From: a virus
Taxonomy: Duplodnaviria; Caudoviricetes
Length of the DNA: 53,951 nt
Reading direction: 5' to 3' (one strand)
Virus record (IMG/VR): IMGVR_UViG_2228664021_000103
Location: 1-53,951 of that record
Below are positions 1-7,918 of the stretch, in pieces. The notes under the pieces are model-generated. The model saw nothing but the letters and a program-made list of their open reading frames with translations, had not been told where the DNA came from and did not search any database. The first letter of the stretch is position 1, and each line of letters begins with the position of its first letter. The position numbers and the translations under genes were made by a program.

Positions 1-210
1 GTGGAGGCTGCGGTTCGTGCCGACACCGAGCAGAGAGTGCAAGCCGACATGCGTGCCGAGATCGTGGCCCGTGCTGACGTGCTCTATTTCAACGGCGGGT
101 ACGGGACGATCAACCGGAAGATGCTCGAACGCACCGTTCGGGAGTCCAGCGTCGTGCCCGCTATCCGCGATGAACTGTCGATTCCGGTCACACCGGGAGG
201 AGAGAGCTGA
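1..210 (+). CDS. hypothetical protein (3' part; probable start ATG at 53928 across the window junction)
   Basis: ORF open from base 1; 53928-53951 gives 8 in-frame codons (MSEQEAQA); stop overlaps next ATG (TGATG). Confidence 0.7.
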   Translation: MEAAVRADTEQRVQADMRAEIVARADVLYFNGGYGTINRKMLERTVRESSVVPAIRDELSIPVTPGGES

Positions 211-428
211 TGGCATCGACAGAGATTGAGCAAGCGTGGCGTTCATCCGGGCTGCGGGGCCGTGACGTTTCCCCACACCTTGCATTCGTGCAGGGATACG
301 AGGCGGCGACCGCTGTCAAGGCTGACGCTTGGGATGAATGCATGGCAGCGATGGATGCGGCATGGGGTCACGAGGACGCACCCTGGCCGACAAATCCGTA
401 TCGCGTCACACCGGGAGGCAACAGGTGA
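210..428 (+). CDS. hypothetical protein
   Basis: GGGAGG SD, coupled TGATG start. Confidence 0.7.
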   Translation: MASTEIEQAWRSSGLRGRDVSPHLAFVQGYEAATAVKADAWDECMAAMDAAWGHEDAPWPTNPYRVTPGGNR

Positions 429-568
429 TCGCAGACTCGGAGACCCCACATGAAGCCCGCTGGTACTCGTGGCGGTGGACACGAACGCATGGGTACGAGT
501 TCCGGGTCTGCCGCGATTGCGGGCAGTCCGAAGACGTTCATGTTGCGCCAGCGAGAGAAGAGAATTGA
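425..568 (+). CDS. small CxxC hypothetical protein
   Basis: GTG start overlapping upstream stop (GTGA), GGGAGG SD, CRDC motif. Confidence 0.55.
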   Translation: MIADSETPHEARWYSWRWTRTHGYEFRVCRDCGQSEDVHVAPAREEN

Positions 569-705
569 TGGCTGACTGCACATGCTGGCCTGTCGAGAAT
601 CCGTGGACGTACTATGGGATTGTCGAGCCGGGCGGAGCACTGGAGCCCAACCCCGATTGTCCTGTGCATTTTCCTGCAAGTATTGAAACCGAGAGAGAGG
701 ACTAA
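568..705 (+). CDS. small Cys/His hypothetical protein (CTC...CPVH)
   Basis: TGATG coupling; MADCTCWPVENPW... Confidence 0.6.
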   Translation: MADCTCWPVENPWTYYGIVEPGGALEPNPDCPVHFPASIETERED

Positions 706-706
706 C

Positions 707-1471
707 ATGAAGAAGATTATGATTGCCGTAGGGATGATTGTTGTGGCAGGAGCGCTTGTGGCGATGCCTAGTATGGCTAATGCCACTAGTGATCACAAGG
801 TTACCATCTGTCACGCCAACGAGGGTATCAAGGGTTGGTCACCAAACGGTAACAACGTGGACAAGGATTCCATCATGAATCCGCTTGGTGCTGGTCACGA
901 TAGCCATGCCAACGATATCATTCCGGCATTCGATGCTGGACCGCACGCCAATACAAGTTGGGATGCCTACCCCGGAAAGAACCTAAGTACATCCTTTGAT
1001 GGAGTTCTGGGTAGTGTCATTCTTGCCAACGGCTGCAAGGTTCCGGTCACAGAACCGCCAACCCCAACTGTGGTGACGATTCAAGCGAGCATTGACCACA
1101 GTGATGCGTGTGGACCTAATAACCTGGTCGTGAACTTGCCAGAATCTACGGACGGCGTATTGTGGGTAAAGGCCATTGCAGACCCCGACAATACGGTCCT
1201 GGTGACCGCTACGGCTCAGCAGGGGTATATTCTCACGGTGAATGGCGAGACTACTGCGGAGTTCTTCTCGTGGACATTCACGGACTCGGATGAGGTGTGT
1301 TCTACGGATGATCCGACGCCGACTCCAGTACCAAGTATCACCCCAGTTGTGCCGGTCTCAGAGTTGGCATATACTGGTCTCTCGCCCATTGGTGAATGGC
1401 TGGCACTGGGCGCATTGGCTGGATTGCTGGTTGGTCTCTTGGCCCTCATGGCAACTCGTAGCCGCAAGTAA
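707..1471 (+). CDS. secreted, putatively sortase-anchored surface protein (LAxTG sorting signal)
   Basis: GAGGA SD; signal peptide MKKIMIAVGMIVVAGALVAMPSMANA; Pro/Thr linkers; C-terminal LAYTG + hydrophobic helix + basic tail RSRK. Confidence 0.8.
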   Translation: MKKIMIAVGMIVVAGALVAMPSMANATSDHKVTICHANEGIKGWSPNGNNVDKDSIMNPLGAGHDSHANDIIPAFDAGPHANTSWDAYPGKNLSTSFDGVLGSVILANGCKVPVTEPPTPTVVTIQASIDHSDACGPNNLVVNLPESTDGVLWVKAIADPDNTVLVTATAQQGYILTVNGETTAEFFSWTFTDSDEVCSTDDPTPTPVPSITPVVPVSELAYTGLSPIGEWLALGALAGLLVGLLALMATRSRK

Positions 1472-1481
1472 CTAAATAGGC

Positions 1482-1580
1482 GCGGGTGGCTCCCTCAAGG
1501 CTCAGGCCGTCGTTGCGGCGTACCGCAAGCATCTGACCCGAGTGTAAACGGGTCTATACAGGGGGCGAAAGCGTCATCGC
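1482..1580 (+). ncRNA. candidate multibranch structured RNA upstream of the helicase
   Basis: hairpins TTGCGG/CCGCAA (1513-1528) and GACCCG/CGGGTC (1535-1554), enclosed by GCTCCCT/AGGGGGC. Confidence 0.4.
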
Positions 1581-1601
1581 TATACAAGGATTGGATATTC
1601 A

Positions 1602-3029
1602 TTGAGTAAGTTTCCGCTAATATTGGACCCCGAGCAGGAGAAGTCGGTCAGACGATTGGCCGCAGAGCCGAGCCGAGCCAGTCTGAACGTCAGCGGAACG
1701 GGCCGTGGTAAGACCGTCATTGCGGTCGAGTTGGCCAAGCGTATCGAAGCCAAGACGATCCTTATCGTTGCGCCCAAGAATACTCGCACGGGATGGATGG
1801 TCCACTTTAGGGGCCAGGGTGTTGACCTTCCATTCAGTTATATCGATTCGTCCAAGAACGGAAAAGAGGCGTATGGGAACCTCATGTGGCAGGTGCCGGG
1901 AATCTACTTCGTGGGTACCGAGATGTTCGCCCGAATGGGGTCGGAGGCATACGTCGGCAAGGACGGCAAGAAGCGCCGGAGAACCAATGGGGTATGGGAG
2001 CACGTTTCGGTCGATCTTGTGCTCATGGACGAGAGCCATAGAGCGAGCAACGCAAGGACAGCGACGTATTTCGCTCTGGATTTGCTACAGCGAGTGGGAT
2101 ACAAGCATTGCATGAGCGCAACCCCTACGGGAAATAGCTTCGAGGGAGCGTATACGACTGCGAAATGGCTGTGGCCAGATCACCCCTCAGTCGCAAATGG
2201 GTTTTCCTTCTGGAAGGGTCGCTACTGCATCGGTATCTATGATCATTTCAAATGGGACCACCTCAAGACCACTGGCGAGCGTAATCCGGGAGAGTTCTAC
2301 AGCGGACTCCCGTGCGTCGTTAAGTTGGAGCAGAAGCCTATCCCAATCATTGAGGATACGGTTTATGTTGAATTGACAACCAAACAGCGTAAGCAGACAA
2401 CGGAACTGGAAAAGAACCTCCTGACGTGGATGGGCGAGAATCCCTATGCCATTGAGTTCCCAACAACACTACACACGAGGTTGAAACAGGTGAGTTTGGG
2501 TGAGATCTCGCTGGACGATGACGGGGAGGTTACCTTCGCACGCGACTGCAAATCTGCCAAGATAGATGCCATGTGGGATGTTCTGCTGGACGACTTCGAG
2601 GATGAGCCAGCCCTGATTGGGGTAGGCAATTCAAAGAAATTTGTTAAGGTTGTGGTCGATCGCCTGAACGAGAAATGGCCAGGATCTACGGTAGAGTGGT
2701 CGGGGGATGTGGCCGAAGGGAATCGCGACCGGATCAAGGAGGATTGGATTGCCGGTAAGGTCAAGTATGTCGTTGCCGTGATCGAGTCCCTGGCGGAGGG
2801 TGCCGACCTCATGCAGACCGCAACGCGAAACCTGCTATGGTTCAACAAGAGCCCATCAGGCATCCTGAACACCCAGTTCCTGGGGAGGATTAGAAGGCAG
2901 GGCGTCGAGGGCGTCGTGCGCAGCGTCGTCCTGGAGGCCATTGATACCAAGGATCAGGATAGCTACAAGAGTTTAGCGGATGAAGAGATGGAACGGCGCA
3001 GGTCGCTTATGATAACAAAGGAGATGTGA
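1602..3029 (+). CDS. superfamily 2 DNA helicase
   Basis: Walker A GTGRGKT, VAPK, DESH box, SAT motif III, QFLGRIRR motif VI. Confidence 0.9.
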   Translation: MSKFPLILDPEQEKSVRRLAAEPSRASLNVSGTGRGKTVIAVELAKRIEAKTILIVAPKNTRTGWMVHFRGQGVDLPFSYIDSSKNGKEAYGNLMWQVPGIYFVGTEMFARMGSEAYVGKDGKKRRRTNGVWEHVSVDLVLMDESHRASNARTATYFALDLLQRVGYKHCMSATPTGNSFEGAYTTAKWLWPDHPSVANGFSFWKGRYCIGIYDHFKWDHLKTTGERNPGEFYSGLPCVVKLEQKPIPIIEDTVYVELTTKQRKQTTELEKNLLTWMGENPYAIEFPTTLHTRLKQVSLGEISLDDDGEVTFARDCKSAKIDAMWDVLLDDFEDEPALIGVGNSKKFVKVVVDRLNEKWPGSTVEWSGDVAEGNRDRIKEDWIAGKVKYVVAVIESLAEGADLMQTATRNLLWFNKSPSGILNTQFLGRIRRQGVEGVVRSVVLEAIDTKDQDSYKSLADEEMERRRSLMITKEM

Positions 3030-3127
3030 TGGATAACAATACGGCAATTGCACTAATGTTTAGTGCGTTTATGATTTCAAATGCTGTAATCATGATCGTG
3101 TGGATCCGATATAGGGGAAGGGATTGA
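3029..3127 (+). CDS. 32-aa single-TM membrane protein
   Basis: AAGGAG SD, TGATG coupling; MDNNTAIALMFSAFMISNAVIMIVWIRYRGRD. Confidence 0.55.
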   Translation: MDNNTAIALMFSAFMISNAVIMIVWIRYRGRD

Positions 3128-3172
3128 CATGGTTCGTGGGTTTTGATACCCTGAAGGGAGGCAGGGAGATGG

Positions 3173-3484
3173 ATGGTTAAGAAAAAGCGTAACCCCATGG
3201 CCTACCTGAATATGGTAGGTCACCAAGGATCAGCGAGTGATGAATTACACCACGCGATAGACAGGGTTGGTGGTAGGGTAAGGTGCATGACGGATCCCAA
3301 GCTCTGGGATGCGGACCCGGAGAATGGTACGATTCCCACCCCAGCGGAGGCTAGGGAGATGTGCCGAGGTTGTCCCGTATTGAGACAGTGTAAGGCATAC
3401 GGGGAATCCCTGGCACCGGAAATCGGGATCTTTGGTGGTGTAATATGGCAAGACGGAATAGCATTGGAGGAGACAGGAAAATGA
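3173..3484 (+). CDS. whiB: WhiB-family Fe-S transcription factor
   Basis: four Cys (C...CRGC-x5-C) followed by GIFGG turn. Confidence 0.85.
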   Translation: MVKKKRNPMAYLNMVGHQGSASDELHHAIDRVGGRVRCMTDPKLWDADPENGTIPTPAEAREMCRGCPVLRQCKAYGESLAPEIGIFGGVIWQDGIALEETGK

Positions 3485-4158
3485 CAAACAGCAAGAATAT
3501 CTATGAACTGATTTCAACGATCAGCAAAGAAGCGGGTGCTATTGGCCTTACGAAATCAGACGGAGTGCCCTTCCCGTTTCGAGGAATCGATACGACGGTA
3601 AACCACCTCGCACCACTTTTGCAGAAATATGGTGTCATTACGGTGCCGAGCGTGAAGTCGTGCAACGTGACCACTCGTGAGGTTGGCAATCGCGTAGTCA
3701 AGACGACGGACATTGTGACTCAGTTCACCTTCTATGCTCCGGATGGCTCAAGTGTGGAGGCGACTACGGCGGGCCTGGCAGATGACTTCGGTGATCGCTC
3801 AACGGCGCAGGCACAGTCAGTGGCTTTCCGCGTGGCGCTATTGCAGACGTTCACCCTTCCGACACAGACCACCGACCCCGAGCAGTCGGGACAGAAGGTT
3901 CAGGATGGGGTTGCGGAGGTCGCAGAGCAGCCCACAGCAAAGCCCGAGGTGGATCCCGCAACGACGATTGACGGAATTCGCGGCATTATCACCAAAAAGT
4001 TCGTCAACAATGCGGAGAGCCCATACACTGCCGAGGTCGTGAACGAGCTCGCGACGCGAATTACGGGCAGGAAGAACGTGTCGGGCAGCGACGGATGGTT
4101 CAACCATCTTCCGAGCCTGAAGAAGCTTCTGAAGGCGCTTGAGGCAGGTGAGGTGTAA
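3481..4158 (+). CDS. ERF-family ssDNA annealing protein
   Basis: FRGIDTTVNHLAPLLQKYGV and DFGDRSTAQAQSVAFRVALLQTF motifs; lies near an exonuclease and SSB. Confidence 0.8.
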   Translation: MTNSKNIYELISTISKEAGAIGLTKSDGVPFPFRGIDTTVNHLAPLLQKYGVITVPSVKSCNVTTREVGNRVVKTTDIVTQFTFYAPDGSSVEATTAGLADDFGDRSTAQAQSVAFRVALLQTFTLPTQTTDPEQSGQKVQDGVAEVAEQPTAKPEVDPATTIDGIRGIITKKFVNNAESPYTAEVVNELATRITGRKNVSGSDGWFNHLPSLKKLLKALEAGEV

Positions 4159-4733
4159 TGAAGATCTGCTACAGATGTGGAATCGATTTCGATGGTTCTG
4201 CATTCATCGACGGCGCGCCCTGTATCGACTGCCAAGAGGCCGTTGGCGGTAGCTGGAGTCGCTTCAATTCCGGGCGTGGGGCGATCACCCTGGAGGAATG
4301 GAATCGTCGCGCAAACGCCGTCAGGGCGCTTGTGGCGAAGAACTACACGAACGGTCAGATCGCAGAGGAGCTTGGGTTTTCATCGCGACGTGTGGCAGAG
4401 CGGTGGAGGTCAAGGCTCGGACTCCCTTCGGCTAAGAACGTCGGTGGCTCCGCGCACTGGAAGCATCCCGAGCGACAGGCCGAAATTGCCGCACGCAATG
4501 GTCGTGTTGGTCACATGAACCGGAAGCTGGGGATCACCGATTCTCAGATTGGAGCAAAGCTGGGCATTGGCAGGGAGACCGTGAAGGGTATGCGGCGCAA
4601 GGGCATTGATGTGGTTGCGCTGGCTGGCGGTCCAAATGTGACGCACTCGCTAACTGGTTCAGACTTCCAGAATTCACCATTCCAGCGTGACTCAAAGATT
4701 GTGGAGGCTCTTTATGGCGCAACCCATGTTTAA
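4158..4733 (+). CDS. Zn-ribbon + helix-turn-helix DNA-binding protein
   Basis: CYRC...CIDC; two HTH-like segments (TNGQIAEELGFS..., TDSQIGAKLGIGRETV). Confidence 0.6.
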   Translation: MKICYRCGIDFDGSAFIDGAPCIDCQEAVGGSWSRFNSGRGAITLEEWNRRANAVRALVAKNYTNGQIAEELGFSSRRVAERWRSRLGLPSAKNVGGSAHWKHPERQAEIAARNGRVGHMNRKLGITDSQIGAKLGIGRETVKGMRRKGIDVVALAGGPNVTHSLTGSDFQNSPFQRDSKIVEALYGATHV

Positions 4734-4944
4734 GATCATTACCGGGATCAAGCCGATCATAGTCCAGAAATCAATGTCAGTTCTGGCGGCAAATGAATTC
4801 CTCAAGGAGCTTAATCGTGATGCCGATAATGAGATACGCTATCACAATAATATCCCCCCAGAGGCATCTCGGATTTTCGTAGATTCTAATGAGTGGGTCC
4901 AGGCAAGGGAATGGCGCTACGACTGGTGGGAGATTACAACGTGA
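4714..4944 (+). CDS. hypothetical protein
   Basis: GGAGG SD before ATG 4714. Confidence 0.6.
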   Translation: MAQPMFKIITGIKPIIVQKSMSVLAANEFLKELNRDADNEIRYHNNIPPEASRIFVDSNEWVQAREWRYDWWEITT

Positions 4945-5831
4945 GCGCCCCAGAACTAGCCCTCTTCGGTACCGAGAACGATGGGGACGGGCGCAGCTAT
5001 AAGCATCCATTCAGGATGAACGACAATGGTAAGCCGCTTACGGTCCCATCGGTGACAACCGTTCTCAAGCTAGAGGACAAGTCAGCGCTCATCCAGTGGG
5101 CGGCAGATCAGTCGATTCTCTGGGCGGTTGACAATTGGTTTCTCTTGGGGTCTCGATCGTCGGAGGATGCCTTTAGCGCGGGTCGCTACGCATGGAGTCG
5201 CGTGCGAGATAGTCGGGCTCAGGTTGGTACCGGGATCCATGAGACCGTCGAGGCCGAGCATACGGGGTCGTGGAATTTTCCTGAGCTGGATCCTGAGCAG
5301 AAGCAGATTCTGGAGCAGTGGAAACTCTTTAACGAGGAGTGGATTGTTGAGCCGGTGCTGTCCGAATTCACGGTTTGGAGCCACGAGCATGATTATGCTG
5401 GAACCGCTGACGGCCTGTGGGATCTTACGAACCGGCAGACGGGAGAATCATTCAGGAGCCTTATAGATATTAAAACAAGCAGGAATCTTTGGCCGGGTCA
5501 CTTGATGCAACTGGCTGCGCTGAAGAATGCTGACGTTCGTATGGTGAAGGCAAAGCCAGATGCCGTGAAGAATTCGACGGGGACCTGGCCGGAGGGCTCT
5601 TGGATCGAGGTTCCCAACGAGAAGGCCGACCGGGTACACCTGCTTCAACTCCGTGCGCCGGAGTATGACAAATATGATAAAGTGACTAAGCCAGCGTTTT
5701 ACGATCTGCATGAGGTTACAGATCTTGATCTGCATTGGGATAAGTTCGTGTGCTATCGTAATATCTGGAGCGCTAACGATGAACTCAAAGCGCGGGAGAA
5801 ATTGAGGGAGCAAAGTGGGAGTGGATTCTAA
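4941..5831 (+). CDS. PD-(D/E)xK (RecB/Cas4-like) recombination exonuclease
   Basis: PSVTTVL, GTGIHE, YAGTADG, IDIKTS, QLAAL motifs; GTG start overlaps upstream stop. Confidence 0.85.
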   Translation: MSAPELALFGTENDGDGRSYKHPFRMNDNGKPLTVPSVTTVLKLEDKSALIQWAADQSILWAVDNWFLLGSRSSEDAFSAGRYAWSRVRDSRAQVGTGIHETVEAEHTGSWNFPELDPEQKQILEQWKLFNEEWIVEPVLSEFTVWSHEHDYAGTADGLWDLTNRQTGESFRSLIDIKTSRNLWPGHLMQLAALKNADVRMVKAKPDAVKNSTGTWPEGSWIEVPNEKADRVHLLQLRAPEYDKYDKVTKPAFYDLHEVTDLDLHWDKFVCYRNIWSANDELKAREKLREQSGSGF

Positions 5832-6049
5832 TGGCTGAACTGGTAATTGTAAGCGGACCTGCCGGTAGCGGCAAGACACGCTGGGCAACCGAGCGAGCAA
5901 AAGCTGGCGGGTGGTCTATGGCATTTGGTCTTGCTGACGCTTCGCGGCTCCTCAGTAGTGGGGTCAATGTCGTCCTAGACCCCGATGGCCTCAACGGTCA
6001 CAAGATTTACATCCGCGAATTCAAAGAGGAGAAGATGCATGACGCTTGA
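5831..6049 (+). CDS. very small P-loop protein
   Basis: VIVSGPAGSGKT Walker A; VVLD Walker B-like; only 72 aa. Confidence 0.55.
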   Translation: MAELVIVSGPAGSGKTRWATERAKAGGWSMAFGLADASRLLSSGVNVVLDPDGLNGHKIYIREFKEEKMHDA

Positions 6050-6206
6050 TCGCGAGGCAGTTGACGCAGCACTTCGATATGTGATAGAGTGCCTAGATTA
6101 CGATCTGCATAAGTCCATTGAGGTCAGTGAAGATGATGACGAGGATACCTACGACTACTGGGTGGATGAGTTCATCTATCAGTACAACAACAAGGAGGAA
6201 AAATGA
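6039..6206 (+). CDS. acidic hypothetical protein
   Basis: GAGGAG SD; coupled to ssb. Confidence 0.6.
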   Translation: MTLDREAVDAALRYVIECLDYDLHKSIEVSEDDDEDTYDYWVDEFIYQYNNKEEK

Positions 6207-6613
6207 CAGGAATCAATCCGAATAACTACGAGGGTGCTTCTATTACTCTCGTCGGTAGAGCGGGCGGACCAGCCCAGCCGCCAGCCTATGACAAAGACGG
6301 CACGAAGGGCGTTCTTGAGCTTTCGGTGGCCGTCAGTCAGGGCTACAAGAAGGACGACCAGTGGGTTGACACGGGCACCGCATGGTACGTCCTGTCCGCT
6401 GCCGGATCCTACGCTGACGTGTTCCGAGAGGTCGGCAAGGGTGACAAGGTTCGCCTGGATGACGGCAAGCTGGAGGTCCGCGAGTTCGACCGCAAGGACG
6501 GCACCAAGGGTCAGCAGTTCACCGTGAAGTACGGCACGCTGGTCATCCTTGAGAAGAAGGATGCGGCCCCGTCTGATGGTTTCACGCCAAGCGGTAACGA
6601 GGGCGGCTTCTAG
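6203..6613 (+). CDS. ssb: single-stranded DNA-binding protein
   Basis: ITLVGR, KGDKV, GKLEVREFDRKDGTKG OB-fold signatures; C-terminal Phe. Confidence 0.9.
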   Translation: MTGINPNNYEGASITLVGRAGGPAQPPAYDKDGTKGVLELSVAVSQGYKKDDQWVDTGTAWYVLSAAGSYADVFREVGKGDKVRLDDGKLEVREFDRKDGTKGQQFTVKYGTLVILEKKDAAPSDGFTPSGNEGGF

Positions 6614-6703
6614 ACCCCCAGAGGGAGAGCCGCAACTGAGCTAGGGGCGGACGGCGGGCTACGGGGTGAGGCCAGCGACACAAGACTTAAAGGGAGGTAG
6701 TAT

Positions 6704-7654
6704 ATGTTTATTGCTGCAATTTTCGCAACGGTCCTCATGATCGTTGGATTCATCGTGGTGTTTTCTCTCAAGGGAAAGGCGACGAACAGTTATGGCGATG
6801 ATGTTGAATTTACCAGGGGAGTCATCAAGTGGGTGTCCATCGGGCTGGCACTGGTAACGGCGGTTCTTCTGTTCTTCTCAACGTTCTATACGCAGGATGT
6901 GGGTGAGGCCAAGGTCCTGAAGGACTGGACCGGAAACATCGTCGGGGAGGATATCACTCAGGGCGCAGACTTTAAGGCCCCATGGGTGGATATCGTTGAC
7001 TTCGATATTCGCAACCAGCTAGCAGCCTACGTCGGAAACGGCGAGGACAACTACAATGGATCCAAGCCCAACGGCCCACAGATCACCGTGCAGGACAAAG
7101 AGGGCGTCACGGCAAATCTGGACATTGCGATCATTTACTCCATCAAGCCAGATGCGGTAACTGAGATCTATTCCCAGTATTTGTCTCAGGACAACTTCAA
7201 GGCGCGACTGATCGAGCAGGACATTCGCTCGGTGGTGCGGAACATTCCGTCCAAGTACGGTACGCTGGAACTACTGAATGGCCGTGAGGCTGTCGGAAAC
7301 GATATCAAAGAGGCGCTTACTCAGCGCTGGGCTTCTCAGGGTGTTATCGTTGAATCGGTGAGTCTCCAGGAGATTCGTTATTCGGATGAGGTCAAGGCTC
7401 GTTTTGACGCGGCCCAGTCGGCTCGTATCGAGGTCGAGAAGGCCAAGGCAGAGCTTGAGGCTACTAAGGTAAACGCCCAGCAGAAGGTGGTTCAGGCCCA
7501 GGCGGAATCGGATGCCAATGCGATCCTCAACGCAAGCCTGACTCCGAGCATACTACAACAGAGGTACCTCGATACACTCAAGGAGCTCGCCAAGGCTGGG
7601 AACCTCGTGATTACCGATGGATCTACCAGCCCATTCTTGCAAATTACTAAATAA
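6704..7654 (+). CDS. SPFH/band-7 (prohibitin-like) membrane protein
   Basis: two N-terminal TM helices; DIRSVVR; AQAESDANAILNASLTPSILQQRYLD coiled-coil tail. Confidence 0.9.
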   Translation: MFIAAIFATVLMIVGFIVVFSLKGKATNSYGDDVEFTRGVIKWVSIGLALVTAVLLFFSTFYTQDVGEAKVLKDWTGNIVGEDITQGADFKAPWVDIVDFDIRNQLAAYVGNGEDNYNGSKPNGPQITVQDKEGVTANLDIAIIYSIKPDAVTEIYSQYLSQDNFKARLIEQDIRSVVRNIPSKYGTLELLNGREAVGNDIKEALTQRWASQGVIVESVSLQEIRYSDEVKARFDAAQSARIEVEKAKAELEATKVNAQQKVVQAQAESDANAILNASLTPSILQQRYLDTLKELAKAGNLVITDGSTSPFLQITK

Positions 7655-7719
7655 CCGGGCGGTAGCGCCCATTGAGGGATGATATCCCGCCGAAGCCCAT
7701 CGGTACGAAAAAACGGGCA

Positions 7720-7836
7720 TCCGGTCAAGCTCGACGGACGAGCGCGTAAGAAAATAACGCTTCAGCCAACGTGTTCCTAGTGGTTCCCAAGACCACGGTG
7801 CCGACTGATAACCCGGTTCGACTCCGGGGGCCGGAA
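7720..7836 (+). ncRNA. tRNA-like RNA with acceptor, D and T arms but an expanded non-canonical central region
   Basis: acceptor TCCGGTC/GGCCGGA, D arm GCTC-GACGGAC-GAGC, T arm CCCGG-TTCGACT-CCGGG, discriminator A7836; about 67 nt between D and T arms. Confidence 0.7.
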
Positions 7837-7918
7837 CAACATACATAACCCACGTGAAGATGATACGGAACTGGCTATAGACTAGAAGTTCAAAACTACT
7901 CATGGGAGGCCCGGAAAC

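Noticed and set aside
1533-1575. Hammerhead ribozyme (CTGA...GAAA...GTC)
   Set aside because: The core reads CTGACCC, not CUGANGA, and the stems do not flank the core correctly.
4941-5831. Cas4-like nuclease suggesting CRISPR-Cas
   Set aside because: No repeat-spacer array or other cas genes; the context (ERF, SSB) indicates a recombination exonuclease.
6614-6700. GC-rich spacer after ssb as another structured RNA
   Set aside because: Only short, ambiguous stems (CCCC/GGGG, GGCT/GGCC); not convincing by eye.
7780-7796. Calling the element tRNA-Trp(CCA)
   Set aside because: The loop TCCCAAG lacks U33 and the hairpin is out of register with the D and T arms, so no anticodon is assigned.
7755-7800. 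Twister-ribozyme-like words (TAAC...GCC...GGTTCCCAAG) in the tRNA-like insert
   Set aside because: The AAGC/GC pseudoknot and a correctly placed GAGGG partner with P1/P2 pairing could not be built; a cmsearch against the twister models would settle it.
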